A DNA stretch of 64,000 nucleotides from Spirochaetia bacterium (GTDB taxonomy: Bacteria > Spirochaetota > Spirochaetia > SP-2023). The notes beneath the pieces are model-generated. The model was not told the origin of the DNA, searched no databases, and was given only the letters and a program-made list of their open reading frames with translations. Position numbers and translations under genes: made by a program. Positions 50,532-60,930 of this stretch are shown here, piece after piece (the first letter of the stretch is position 1; the number at the start of each line of letters is the position of its first letter). The stretch lies in NCBI GenBank assembly GCA_965263295.1, contig OZ253665.1, positions 32,001-96,000 of the forward strand. Direction: 5' to 3'.

Positions 50532-51722
50532 ATGACCATTTCAAAAAAATATTTAGGGCCCATTCTGACTTTTTTTGCCGCTTTTTGCCTGCTCTTCATG
50601 CTGGCATTCCTCAACGGCTGCCGGAAAACGCCGGTATACAATATTGGCTTTATGGGGCCACTGGGCGGCGACAAATCAAGTTATGATTCTAGCGTTCAAG
50701 CCAAGGCCGTGGAAATGGCGGTGAAAGAGTTCAATACACTACAAGAAGAGCATGGATATCGGATTGGACTGATTGTCAAAGATTCCAAGGGTGACCCCGA
50801 AGTTGCGGTAAAAGCCGCTGAAAAGATCTTGCAGGAGGACAAGATTGTGGCCTTGCTGGGGCCTTTCTATTCCAATGTCGCTTTTAAAGTTGCCGATCTG
50901 TTGCTGCGCAATCAGGTACCCATGATGTCTGGCTCAGCTGTCAATTCAAAACTGACGGCCAAAAGCGCCTATATTTTTCGCACCATCGTCAGTAATTGGA
51001 TGCAGTCCATGGTCTTGGGACCATATGTCGCCAACATTCTGGGCCATGACAGCACGGCCATCCTATATACCAAAGACAAATATAGTACGTCGTTAGCCCA
51101 GGATTTCGAGAGCAGGTACGAGCTTGCTGGCGGCAGAATCACGCTTTCCCTGGGGGCTGAGCGCAAGCAAACAGGATACCGCGACGAATTGGAGCGACTG
51201 CGCGACACTCGGCCCGAAGCCCTGTTCTTGCCCAATATCATGGCCGATACCTTAACAATGCTAAAGAACCTGCGAGAAATAGGCTGGAATGTGCCGGTGA
51301 TCAGTGGAAGTGCATTTCATACGGATAACTTTTTCGCAACGGTAGGCAACCTGGCAGAAGGCGTAACTTTCAGTACTAGCCTGATTCCGCAATCACCTGT
51401 GACAATCGAATTTAGAGAGCGCTTTCAGGCTCTTTACGGCATGGAACCGGACAATTTTACGTATAATATTTACGATGCGACCAATATTGTTCTGGGAGCA
51501 ATACACAGTGCACTTGAAGCAAGCTCAACTTTTATCAATGGTTCATCCGTCTGCCAATACATCCAAAAAACAAAAAATTACCCCGGCGTCTCTGGCACAA
51601 TCAACTTTAACGAGTCCGGCGATGTACTCAAAGGATTTACTTTGATGCAGGTGCAAGGCAAGAGCTTCAAAAGCCTGGGCAATTTTACGGTAAGCGGCGA
51701 CCAAGTGATTATGTTACCTTAA
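50532..51722 (+). CDS. LivJ/LivK-type binding lipoprotein, copy 3
   Basis: Paralogue keeping more canonical GPFYS, FRT and DKYS pocket motifs; start at ATG 50532 by alignment. Confidence 0.88.
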   Translation: MTISKKYLGPILTFFAAFCLLFMLAFLNGCRKTPVYNIGFMGPLGGDKSSYDSSVQAKAVEMAVKEFNTLQEEHGYRIGLIVKDSKGDPEVAVKAAEKILQEDKIVALLGPFYSNVAFKVADLLLRNQVPMMSGSAVNSKLTAKSAYIFRTIVSNWMQSMVLGPYVANILGHDSTAILYTKDKYSTSLAQDFESRYELAGGRITLSLGAERKQTGYRDELERLRDTRPEALFLPNIMADTLTMLKNLREIGWNVPVISGSAFHTDNFFATVGNLAEGVTFSTSLIPQSPVTIEFRERFQALYGMEPDNFTYNIYDATNIVLGAIHSALEASSTFINGSSVCQYIQKTKNYPGVSGTINFNESGDVLKGFTLMQVQGKSFKSLGNFTVSGDQVIMLP

Positions 51723-51998
51723 TCAGGTATGATGGGGTGGATGGTACAGAAACAGACACTCAGGCGGAATAATTTGCGACAAAATCAGGGGACCGAAGCT
51801 CCACAATCTCCGAAATAGCGAAATTGCCTCCAAAGCGATTCGGCGCATCTTGCAATACAAAACTGACCCCATAAAAGGTTGCGACAAAATGCAATTGGCA
51901 AGCGAACCGAGGATAGAGACGAAAGCAAACTGAATATATCTCACACACAGAACTAACAGAGTCCGGTAATGCCGGCAAACAGACAGGAGAAACAAGGC

Positions 51999-54893
51999 GT
52001 GAAAAGCCTGAAAGTTCAAGGTGCCCGCGAGCACAACCTCAAAGATATCAACGTAGAATTGCCGCGCGGCGCCCTGGTGGTCATTTCCGGCCTATCGGGC
52101 AGTGGCAAATCCTCATTGGCCTTCGACACAATCTACGCCGAAGGCCAGCGCCGCTATGTCGAGTCACTATCAGCCTACGCCCGGCAATTCCTGGGCTTGA
52201 TGGAAAAACCTGACGTCGATTACATTGAGGGCCTGTCGCCGGCCATCGCCATTGAACAGAAAAGCACTCATCGCAATCCGCGCTCAACTGTCGGCACCGT
52301 CACCGAAATTTACGATTATTTGCGTTTGCTTTACGCCCGCGTCGGCCAGGCCTACTGCCCCAAATGTGAGATTCCAATTGAAGAGCAGTCCGTGGATCAG
52401 ATTCTCGAAACCGTGCTGCATCTCCCCGAAGATTCGCGACTGCTAGTACTCGCTCCAATGCTCAGAAACCGCAAAACTGAAGGCCAGAAGCTGTTTGAAG
52501 ATGCCCGCAAAAGCGGTTTTAGCCGCGTGCGCATCAACGGTGAGGAACGTTTGCTCGAAGAAAATATACTTTTAGACAAGCGCTATAAATATAACATCGA
52601 AATCGTGGTAGACCGCATCAAACTTAGCGCCGAGAGCCGCCGGCGCCTGGCCGACGCCGTTGAAACGGCGCTGGAACTGAGCGGCGGTCAAGTGCAACTT
52701 CAGGTTCTCGGCCGGCAAAAAGGCGAAAAGGAACAGGAGCTGTTTTTCTCCGAACACAATTCTTGCAGCGAGTGTGGCTACAGCTTGCCAGAACTGGAAC
52801 CGCGCCTGTTTTCCTTCAACAGCCCGGTCGGCGCCTGCGAACACTGCGGCGGTCTGGGCCAACTGTACGAGTTTGACTTCGACCTATTGTGTCCCGATCC
52901 GCAGGGCCGCAGCCTCAAAGAAGGCTTGCTACAACTGTATCGTATCGACAGCAGTCGCTGGTATCGCAGCCTTTTCAAAGCCCTGGCCGAAGTTTGGGGC
53001 TTTCAACTCACAGATTCCTGGAACGAACTGACGCAGGAAGTTCGGGATAAACTTCTCTCCGGTTCCAATGAAACCATCAGTTTCCGCTACCGTCGCATCA
53101 GCGGCGGCACTTCCGTCCAAAATATCCAGTTTCCCGGCATCTTCGCCGACTTGCAACAACGTTACAAGGAAGCTGAATCCGAACGCATGAAGGCATGGTT
53201 TGAGGAATACATGCGCCAAACTGAATGCCCAGCGTGCAAAGGACAACGCCTCAAGCCGGGGGCCCTTTCCGTTTATCTCCAGGCTGAACGGCCTCTCGAA
53301 CAGAATCACGGCAGTACAAGCCGTCTGCAACGCAAAAACATCATGGAACTATGTTCGGATTCTATAAGTCAGGCGCGGAAATTTATCGAACAACTGCAAC
53401 TTTGTCCGGCACGGCAAGAGATTTCCGCTCAAATATTAAAGGAAATCCGCGTGCGCCTCGGTTTTCTTGAAAGTGTCGGCCTGGATTATTTGAGTTTGGG
53501 GCGCAGTGCCGCAACCCTCTCCGGCGGCGAGGCTCAGCGCATCCGCCTGGCGACCCAGGTCGGCTCACAGCTCACCGGCGTACTTTACGTCCTCGATGAA
53601 CCGTCGATTGGCTTGCACCAGCGCGACAACCAGAAATTAATTGACACCTTGCTGCACCTGAAGAGCCTGGACAACACAGTTATCGTCGTCGAGCACGACG
53701 AACAGACTCTGCGCGTCGCCGACTATATTGTCGATATTGGCCCCGGAGCGGGAGTCCACGGCGGCTTTGTCGTCGCTCAGGGGCCTCCCAGCGAAATTGT
53801 GAAAGTCGAAGCCAGCCTGACGGGGCAGTTCCTTTGCGGCAAATTAAGCATCCCGGTGCCGGCGCAACGGCGTGCGGGCAACGGCAAATTCCTGGAATTA
53901 ACGGGTGTGTGCGAGCACAACTTAAAAAATATCGATGTCCGCATTCCGCTAGGCACCATGACCTTAATTACCGGCGTCTCCGGCTCTGGCAAATCCACAC
54001 TGCTGGAGGATGTACTTTACCCCGCAGTGTTCAACGACCTAAAGTTGGGCAAAAAGAAAGCCGTGGGCAAATTTGCCCGCCTGAGCGGTACCGAAGAACT
54101 GAAAAAAGTAATCCGCATCGATCAGAGCCCGATCGGCCGTACTTCACGCAGCAACCCGGCAACCTATGTCGGGGCCTGGACCGCGATCCGCGAGTTGTTT
54201 GCCGCCTTGCCCGATGCGCGTGCGCGCGGTTACAATGCGGGACGTTTTTCCTTCAATGTCAAGGGTGGACGCTGTGAAGCCTGTGAGGGCGGCGGGACCC
54301 GTCGCATTGAAATGCACTTCCTGCCGGATGTGTATGTGACCTGCGACGTCTGCAACGGCAAGCGCTTCAACCAGGAAACTCTGGAAGTCCGCTACAAAGG
54401 CAAAAACATTCACGATGTACTGACCATGACTGTTGAAGACGGGGTCGAGTTTTTCAACGCCATTCCTCAAGTCAAGCACAAGCTAGAGACTCTGGCCGAA
54501 GTCGGCTTGGCCTACATGACCCTGGGGCAATCCGCGCCCACGCTATCCGGTGGAGAAGCCCAACGCGTCAAGTTGGCGGCTGAACTCAGTAAACGTGGTG
54601 GAGCAGGAACCCTGTATATCATTGATGAGCCGACCACAGGACTGCATTTTGCCGATGTCAAAAAGCTGCTGGAAGTCCTGCAAAGTCTAGTCGACAAAGC
54701 TTGTACGATTTGTATGATTGAACACAATCTGGACGTGATCAAACAGGCCGACTATATCATTGATATGGGGCCCGAAGGCGGTGTTGATGGCGGTCAAGTC
54801 ATAGCGCGGGGCACCCCTGAACAAGTGTCCCAAATTGCAGGTTCCCACACTGGACATTTCCTGAAGGAGGTACTGAATGACTTTGGCAAATAA
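51999..54893 (+). CDS. uvrA: Excinuclease ABC subunit A
   Basis: GAREHNLK, GLSGSGKSSLAFDTIYAEGQRRY, two LSGGEAQR signatures, zinc fingers; GTG start after AGGAGA. Confidence 0.98.
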   Translation: MKSLKVQGAREHNLKDINVELPRGALVVISGLSGSGKSSLAFDTIYAEGQRRYVESLSAYARQFLGLMEKPDVDYIEGLSPAIAIEQKSTHRNPRSTVGTVTEIYDYLRLLYARVGQAYCPKCEIPIEEQSVDQILETVLHLPEDSRLLVLAPMLRNRKTEGQKLFEDARKSGFSRVRINGEERLLEENILLDKRYKYNIEIVVDRIKLSAESRRRLADAVETALELSGGQVQLQVLGRQKGEKEQELFFSEHNSCSECGYSLPELEPRLFSFNSPVGACEHCGGLGQLYEFDFDLLCPDPQGRSLKEGLLQLYRIDSSRWYRSLFKALAEVWGFQLTDSWNELTQEVRDKLLSGSNETISFRYRRISGGTSVQNIQFPGIFADLQQRYKEAESERMKAWFEEYMRQTECPACKGQRLKPGALSVYLQAERPLEQNHGSTSRLQRKNIMELCSDSISQARKFIEQLQLCPARQEISAQILKEIRVRLGFLESVGLDYLSLGRSAATLSGGEAQRIRLATQVGSQLTGVLYVLDEPSIGLHQRDNQKLIDTLLHLKSLDNTVIVVEHDEQTLRVADYIVDIGPGAGVHGGFVVAQGPPSEIVKVEASLTGQFLCGKLSIPVPAQRRAGNGKFLELTGVCEHNLKNIDVRIPLGTMTLITGVSGSGKSTLLEDVLYPAVFNDLKLGKKKAVGKFARLSGTEELKKVIRIDQSPIGRTSRSNPATYVGAWTAIRELFAALPDARARGYNAGRFSFNVKGGRCEACEGGGTRRIEMHFLPDVYVTCDVCNGKRFNQETLEVRYKGKNIHDVLTMTVEDGVEFFNAIPQVKHKLETLAEVGLAYMTLGQSAPTLSGGEAQRVKLAAELSKRGGAGTLYIIDEPTTGLHFADVKKLLEVLQSLVDKACTICMIEHNLDVIKQADYIIDMGPEGGVDGGQVIARGTPEQVSQIAGSHTGHFLKEVLNDFGK

Positions 54894-55578
54894 AATTACT
54901 TTGGTCCGTATAACGATTACACCGCTATTTTTTGTCCTGTTTCAACTCGCGGCACAGCAAACTCTAAACATTTCGATCTCGGTACAAATTTTAATTTTAC
55001 TCAGTCTGTTTTTATTGTTTATCGCCTCGGAGCTCAGCGACCTGCTCGACGGCATAGTAGCCCGGCGCCTGGGGCAAGTTTCGGGAGTGGGCAAGTTAAT
55101 GGACCCTTTCAGTGACGTTCTGAGCCGTGTGACTTACTTTTTTTGCTCTTATCAGGCCGAAATCATGCCATCTTGGGCCTTTATACTGATCTTATGGCGC
55201 GAAATCAGCATGTTATTTGTGCGCCAGTTGGTACAGCTTTCCGGCCAAGGCCCCTTGCCCGCCCGCTGGGCCGGTAAAGTCAAGGCTGTGGTTTACTTTA
55301 TAGCCATCCTTCTCGGATTGCTATTATTCCTGTTTATCCACTGGCCGGGCTCAGCATATGAGTCCATTGTGGCCGACTTGGCTGCCTCCTCTTTAGGGCA
55401 GGCCCCTCGCGCCTTTTCGCTCGACAGCACTTACTACCGCAGCCTGGCGCTGGCAACTTACAGCATCACACGTGCCTGGCTGTTGCCAATAAGCTTCTTA
55501 ATTTCCGTCGTGGCCTCGTGGCACGCTTTCATACTTTACCTGCGCGACTTCATGCCCACCCTGCGCAAACTGATCTAA
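54877..55578 (+). CDS. pgsA: CDP-alcohol phosphatidyltransferase (PgsA-like)
   Basis: ANKITLVRI, SDLLDGIVARR.GQVS.VGKLMDPFSD. Confidence 0.85.
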   Translation: MTLANKITLVRITITPLFFVLFQLAAQQTLNISISVQILILLSLFLLFIASELSDLLDGIVARRLGQVSGVGKLMDPFSDVLSRVTYFFCSYQAEIMPSWAFILILWREISMLFVRQLVQLSGQGPLPARWAGKVKAVVYFIAILLGLLLFLFIHWPGSAYESIVADLAASSLGQAPRAFSLDSTYYRSLALATYSITRAWLLPISFLISVVASWHAFILYLRDFMPTLRKLI

Positions 55579-55743
55579 AATCTTTGCCAGCGATTTCACG
55601 TGCAAAATATTATCATTAAATATTTTATACTCCCAGCTAACCGTGTAGAGTGGGTATGCCAATCTTTGCCGGAATTACGCAGGAAATTTCCTTTTAGCTA
55701 GTACAGAAACAGTCTTAATTCAATAAATCATTTAAGGAAAAAA

Positions 55744-55815
55744 ATGAGACTTATGAAAACGATTACTATTCTAGTTATTGCTGCAGATATGTTAATAGGT
55801 TGCGGCAAAATCTAG
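55744..55815 (+). pseudogene. Remnant lipoprotein signal peptide ORF
   Basis: AAGGA RBS, MRLMKTITILVIAADMLIGCGKI* with a lipobox-like LIG-C followed by an early stop. Confidence 0.35.
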
Positions 55816-55999
55816 CAGAATGCCACAATCAATTTTAAAATCAAAAGATAAAGCCGTTTTCAAGCCACTTGACGTGTGCAAAAACGAGTAAGCGGAGATT
55901 TATGGCACTATTTCACGGGAAAGCAAGTGAAAATTCACGAAGCCCCTGAGCAAATTTGCCGCCGGCCAGCAAGCTTGAGCTGCGGGCCAGCGACGAAAG

Positions 56000-56216
56000 T
56001 GGGCTTGATGAATTCAGAGTGGTCCCAAAAAGCTTAAATGAAATCATTATATACATTAATAGCAATAGCAAGGTTTCAAATGACATCATTGATCAATTCT
56101 CGCAATCATTGAACAAACTCCTCGGAAATGATTGTCGCTACAGGATGGAGCCAATGGTTAACTTTGATATTAAAGAATTGAATAAAAGAAAAATATTTCA
56201 TCAATTCATCAAATAA
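56000..56216 (+). pseudogene. 3' fragment of the first gene of the AT-rich cluster, possibly a PaaK/CapK-like adenylating enzyme C-terminus
   Basis: DEFRVVPKSLNEIIIYI...NKRKIF pattern; no credible start; ends 8 bp before the RimK-like gene. Confidence 0.45.
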
Positions 56217-56224
56217 GTTACAAT

Positions 56225-57082
56225 ATGAATTTTGCCATAATAGTAGACAAGAAACATCTTCTTATTGAGGTTATCTCTGATTATATCTTGGAACAAGGTT
56301 ACCAAGTTGATTTTATTAACTGGCGAGATATTGTTATAGATGATAGGAATTGCATGTTTAACGGTTACAATGCGGTATATCTAGATAGGATGGGAGAGAA
56401 TTGCCAAAATTATCTTGGACAAATTTTGAGTCTTGATAAGGCTATGGGGCATTTACTGGTCAACAGAGCTCAACCATATATAAATGCTCGTAATAAAGTA
56501 TTGTCTGGGCAAGTAATGGTAAGAGATTCCATCAGGGTGCCGAGGACACTTGTTTTTCATTCTTTAAAAAAAATCAAACAATTTGGTTTTGGCGGCTCCA
56601 AGTACATAGTAAAATCAGCTCAAGGCGTTTGTTCGAATGAAGTTATCGCATTTCAAAACGGTTTTATTCCCTTGGGACGGATTCAAGAATGGATTGATAG
56701 AGATGGTCAGGTTTTAATTCAACAGTTTATTTACAACCCTCAAAAATACATATGGAGAATAGACATAGTATCGTCAGAGATAATTGTCGCTAACAGACGT
56801 TATTGCTATAACAAAGATGACGCTTTACCTATTTGCAACGGTACTCATGGTGGTTCTATTGAATTCATAGATACGAATAATGTGCCAACTGAGATTAAAG
56901 GCATCGCTTTGGCATCTGTTAAGGCACTTGAATTAGACGTTGCGGGAGTCGACATTATTGTCAATGATAGAAATATTCCGTTTCTGCTAGAAGTCAATCC
57001 AGAGCCAGATATTACTCTGGACCGGTATGAATTCCCTCATGCAATCGCGAATCTTCTAATCAATAAGGCCAGAATAGAATGA
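56225..57082 (+). CDS. RimK/LysX-family ATP-grasp ligase
   Basis: VN......ARNK, VPRT, IVKS..G, LIQQFI, WRIDIV, VAGVDII, LEVNPEP. Confidence 0.85.
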   Translation: MNFAIIVDKKHLLIEVISDYILEQGYQVDFINWRDIVIDDRNCMFNGYNAVYLDRMGENCQNYLGQILSLDKAMGHLLVNRAQPYINARNKVLSGQVMVRDSIRVPRTLVFHSLKKIKQFGFGGSKYIVKSAQGVCSNEVIAFQNGFIPLGRIQEWIDRDGQVLIQQFIYNPQKYIWRIDIVSSEIIVANRRYCYNKDDALPICNGTHGGSIEFIDTNNVPTEIKGIALASVKALELDVAGVDIIVNDRNIPFLLEVNPEPDITLDRYEFPHAIANLLINKARIE

Positions 57083-58074
57083 TCATTAAAATGTCCAACG
57101 TCAATAAAGAGTATAAGGAAAAAATTCCCAGAGGCTTTTTCAAAGATATTTTTTTGCCAAAGTACCAAACGGTCAAAGCTATAGATTCTATTAGCATTGA
57201 AGTAGAAAAAGGTGATTTTGTGGGTTTGCTCGGTAAAAATGGCGCGGGAAAATCGACATTTATAAAATTACTTTGCGCTCTCCAAATGCCGACATCTGGA
57301 AGAGTTGAATTATTTGGTCGCGAATCATCAAGCTACTCAAACGATCTCTTTAATAAAGTAGCCGTGATCTTTGGCCACAAAAGTTCTCTGTGGTGGGACT
57401 TGCCTTTAATTGATTCCATTAACGCGACAAAGTTCATGTACAAAATTGAAGGAGCTGAGTTTGAGTTGCGTAAGTCCCATATATTGGGTGCTTTAGATTT
57501 AGGGAATGTCATCAATCGTCCCGTAAGGATATTGAGTTTAGGTGAAAGAGTAAAGGGCGAACTGGCGTTCAACCTGATGCATAAGCCTAAATTGGTACTC
57601 TTGGACGAACCGACAATCGGACTTGATATTGTATCGAAATCAAGATTGCGAGAGTTTCTCAAGGAACTAGTAGAGAAGGAGCATGCTGCCGTAATCCTTA
57701 CCAGTCACGACATGGGTGACATTGAATACTGCTGCCAGCGTATTTGTGTTATCGATAAAGGAAACATAAAGTTCAATGGATCTCTAGATGAATTTAGGGC
57801 TCATATTAATTTGGAGTCAATCATCACGCTAAGCTTTAAAAGTAATTTTATAGAGCCAGAAAAGCTCTACGGTCTAAGGGAAATCGATGGTGTAAATGAG
57901 GTTGAATGGCACGAAGAAATGTTTAGTTCAAGAATTTCCTTCCAACCGAGACAATTGTCTTCAGACCAATTGATCTCGAAGATTCACAGTCTAAACTTGA
58001 GCGTTGATAGCTTTTCTGTGGTGGAGCGCCAAGCTAGTTTTGAGCAGGCTGTGCGGGCAAACTTTGAGGAATAG
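57079..58074 (+). CDS. ABC exporter ATP-binding protein
   Basis: GKNGAGKST, LWWDLP, LSLGER, LLDEPTIGLD, LTSHDM. Confidence 0.92.
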   Translation: MIIKMSNVNKEYKEKIPRGFFKDIFLPKYQTVKAIDSISIEVEKGDFVGLLGKNGAGKSTFIKLLCALQMPTSGRVELFGRESSSYSNDLFNKVAVIFGHKSSLWWDLPLIDSINATKFMYKIEGAEFELRKSHILGALDLGNVINRPVRILSLGERVKGELAFNLMHKPKLVLLDEPTIGLDIVSKSRLREFLKELVEKEHAAVILTSHDMGDIEYCCQRICVIDKGNIKFNGSLDEFRAHINLESIITLSFKSNFIEPEKLYGLREIDGVNEVEWHEEMFSSRISFQPRQLSSDQLISKIHSLNLSVDSFSVVERQASFEQAVRANFEE

Positions 58075-58080
58075 ATTTCA

Positions 58081-59340
58081 ATGCTTATCCGTGTTAAAAA
58101 TTACAAAGAGTATTGGGATACTAATACCGGCAAAAATAGATGTAAACGTATATTGCAATCCACACTTGAGAATGGCTATCGGCTGGCGGATTGGAAAATT
58201 ATTCTGGATTCTGTCCTGATTGATGAAAGGAAAATAAAAGACTTATCCACCGATCTGTCGCAACTGTTGGTCATTATAAAGAAACTGCCCGAATTAATGT
58301 TTTCCACCAGAGAGAAATTTCACTCCTGTGTATTAGATAATAAGGGTTTATGTATTACATTTGATTCATTATATAAATTTGCCGCGTCACAAGCTGAACC
58401 GTATCGATGGGATGTAGTCCCCATATTAGATAGTGTAAAAGTCACTGAACTTAATTTTGGCTGGTCTCTTGGTGGTATAAATATGGATATTTATCACAAT
58501 AGTTACCAAGTTGAGAATGAAAATCGGGCCTCTTATTACACCGACCCAATAAGAGGCCTAAAGTTAAACTATGACCTTTGGTATTCGAAGCTTAAAGGAA
58601 AGGAAATTCGTATTGTAGATGAGGATTACTATTTTAATACCTATGCTTCATTTATAAAGTATTTAGAAAATAAATTGAGGATAAGCCAATCCAATCAACT
58701 ATCTAGTTTCTGTGATAGCGATAAGGCTGCTGTGGCAATATTGGAGATATTTACTGGTTTCGAGTTGACAAATACAAGATACCTAGATTCCTACCTGAAT
58801 TATTTAGAATCTTTTGGAGAGCTGCCATTCACATCGCCATACAATGCGATTTGGTCGTGTAAATCATTGTTTTCCTTACTGTGGGAGGCTGCCGGCCGCG
58901 GCCTGCTTAATGATACCGATGAATCCATCGTAAGAAAGCTTGTTCCTTTTACTGTCATCCTGAAGAAAGAGAACTTTCAACATGTCATCGACAATAAGAA
59001 CAAATTGTTAATCAAGCCGAGTATAGGGATTGGGGGGAGTGATGTGTATATCGGTAGATATTATTCTTATGATAATTGGATTGATATCATAATTAAAGCC
59101 ATAAATTCAGAAAAAAAATTTATTGTCCAAGAGTATGTTTGTCCAGAAAGTCATATTATGGCCATCACTGACCCAGAAGGAAATATTACACAGGAAGAAA
59201 AGCAGATTATACTAGGTATCTTTCAAATTAATGATTCATACAGTGGATGCATGACAAGGGCTGGAGAATCAGAGATTGGAAATATTAATGTCTCCACTGG
59301 CGCGGCTATGGGCGTTACTGTTGAGGTATCTAGCTCATGA
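58081..59340 (+). CDS. Circularly permuted ATP-grasp (glutathionylspermidine-synthase-like) ligase
   Basis: YRWD..VKVTELN....LGG at the N-terminus; K.LF.LL, VPFT, LIKP..G.GG.DVYIG, IVQEYV, INVSTG at the C-terminus. Confidence 0.75.
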   Translation: MLIRVKNYKEYWDTNTGKNRCKRILQSTLENGYRLADWKIILDSVLIDERKIKDLSTDLSQLLVIIKKLPELMFSTREKFHSCVLDNKGLCITFDSLYKFAASQAEPYRWDVVPILDSVKVTELNFGWSLGGINMDIYHNSYQVENENRASYYTDPIRGLKLNYDLWYSKLKGKEIRIVDEDYYFNTYASFIKYLENKLRISQSNQLSSFCDSDKAAVAILEIFTGFELTNTRYLDSYLNYLESFGELPFTSPYNAIWSCKSLFSLLWEAAGRGLLNDTDESIVRKLVPFTVILKKENFQHVIDNKNKLLIKPSIGIGGSDVYIGRYYSYDNWIDIIIKAINSEKKFIVQEYVCPESHIMAITDPEGNITQEEKQIILGIFQINDSYSGCMTRAGESEIGNINVSTGAAMGVTVEVSSS

Positions 59341-60152
59341 TTAAAACGCTATCTCTAGCGAGATTAATTCCATTTTCGAAAAATGCATATAAAGAAGTAT
59401 ATATTGACCGTGGAATGCTTATTACAGATTTCTTTCTAGCTACTATTATCCCGTACATCGTTCAATTCCTGCTTTGGTCTTGGTTCTATCGTAATACGGA
59501 ATTAATTGAATTTAATGGATACCAATACCAAACATTGATGATTTATTATGTCCTTGTGATTGCATTCAATAGATTAAATAACGGCTATTCTATTGTGGAG
59601 TTCTACTCTGGCATTGTGCACAGTGGATCAATTTCGTCTTTGTCTTGCAAGCCGTCGCGTTTAATAAACCAAAGATTGGCTGATTTTATTGGCGGGAGTA
59701 TATTGTATTATGTGCCTGTTTTTATCGCATTCTCGATTTATATCTCCCTTAACGCAATTGATGTACTGCAAATCTTTATTGGGTTTGCCACGCTGATTTC
59801 GGTCTTAGTCTTATCTCAAATCTTATGCTTTTACATCTCATACACTTTCGCAGTGTTTTGTTTTATTCTCTATCGTCCCCACTTTCTATTGAACCTGCTA
59901 TCGGCTTTCCAGATAATTTTAGGCGGTGTTTTAGTGCCCTATTCATTTTGGCCCGAGAGAATGCAAGCCTTGATGGAATTTAATCCCTTCTATTATATAA
60001 TATCTGCTCCTTCTGAGATTGTTATTGGAACATATAAATTCGGTTTGGCCAATTATATTTTTATTACCATTGCTTATATTGTTGTATTTAGATTTATGAC
60101 TTCATTCTTGGAAAAATATTTGCGTCGCCGCAGTTATCTTTTAGGGGGGTAA
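59337..60152 (+). CDS. ABC-2-type (DUF990-like) permease
   Basis: Six TM segments, G.I.....KP and GG.LVP..FWP....PF motifs. Confidence 0.85.
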   Translation: MIKTLSLARLIPFSKNAYKEVYIDRGMLITDFFLATIIPYIVQFLLWSWFYRNTELIEFNGYQYQTLMIYYVLVIAFNRLNNGYSIVEFYSGIVHSGSISSLSCKPSRLINQRLADFIGGSILYYVPVFIAFSIYISLNAIDVLQIFIGFATLISVLVLSQILCFYISYTFAVFCFILYRPHFLLNLLSAFQIILGGVLVPYSFWPERMQALMEFNPFYYIISAPSEIVIGTYKFGLANYIFITIAYIVVFRFMTSFLEKYLRRRSYLLGG

Positions 60153-60920
60153 ATGCTAGCGTATCTGAAACTCTGCTTGAAATCAAACTCAACACTTAGA
60201 GTTGACTTTATTGGCTTCATGTTTGTTACTTTGATCATTTTTGTCTTTCGTTACGCATATTTTGGAATATTTTTCCAAGAAGTTGACGATTTGGGCGGAT
60301 GGACTGAGTCGGAAATCTATCTTTTATTTACCATTTCCATTTTGTTGTCTTTATTGACCGATGTGTTTGCATCGTCGGTCCATAAGTACTTTGACGACGT
60401 TCATAAAGGTAAAATTGAAGCTTATTTAGTGAAGCCCACTCCTCAGTTTCAAGTTCTCATGTTTAGACATCTCAACATGAGCAATCTCCTCCTGTTCGTA
60501 TTGCTAGCCATGGTATTTGCCGTCTATTTATTTTATTCTGTGCCCAGCAATGGCTATCGAGTAGATCAACTTGTGTTTTCAATATTCCTGTTCATAGTTG
60601 GCGTCGTCGTCAATATATCTTTTGTCATCATACTTGAATCATTTACATTCGTAAGCAAGCGTAGCTTGCCCGTCGACTATATCCATAGTGAACTATCGAG
60701 GTTAACTCAAGTTCCAATCACCTTGTTTGATTCCATATCAATGTCAACAATATTGGCATTGCTGCCCCTAGTCTTTTCAAGCTCCATAATAATTCTATAC
60801 CTACATGACGGTGTCACCAACATAATAATTGGCTACTTATTATTTGCATGTTTGCAATTATTTATTTCTATTCTGGTATTTAAAAGACTTCAATCCTCAT
60901 TTGATACACATGGGGGCTAA
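60153..60920 (+). CDS. ABC-2-type (DUF990-like) permease
   Basis: LGGWT..E, G.IE.YLVKP, P.TLF motifs; several TM segments. Confidence 0.85.
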   Translation: MLAYLKLCLKSNSTLRVDFIGFMFVTLIIFVFRYAYFGIFFQEVDDLGGWTESEIYLLFTISILLSLLTDVFASSVHKYFDDVHKGKIEAYLVKPTPQFQVLMFRHLNMSNLLLFVLLAMVFAVYLFYSVPSNGYRVDQLVFSIFLFIVGVVVNISFVIILESFTFVSKRSLPVDYIHSELSRLTQVPITLFDSISMSTILALLPLVFSSSIIILYLHDGVTNIIIGYLLFACLQLFISILVFKRLQSSFDTHGG

Positions 60921-60930
60921 CATTGTTGCC

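Larger units (their letters stand above)
49143..51815 (+). repeat. Conserved 96-nt spacer after each binding-protein gene (49143-49238, 50436-50531, 51720-51815)
   Basis: taatcaggtatg..g....g.atggtac...aacagac.ctcag.cggaataa.ttgc...agggga...aag.tcca in all three copies. Confidence 0.9.

Noticed and set aside
49143..51815. CRISPR-like or integron attC array interpretation of the repeated spacer
   Set aside because: Intervening sequences are paralogous 1.2-kb genes; no cas or integron integrase and no attC-type inverted boxes
55744..55815. Graspetide precursor peptide for the ATP-grasp cluster
   Set aside because: Looks like a broken lipoprotein signal peptide and lacks the repeated Thr/Ser/Lys plus Asp/Glu core motifs
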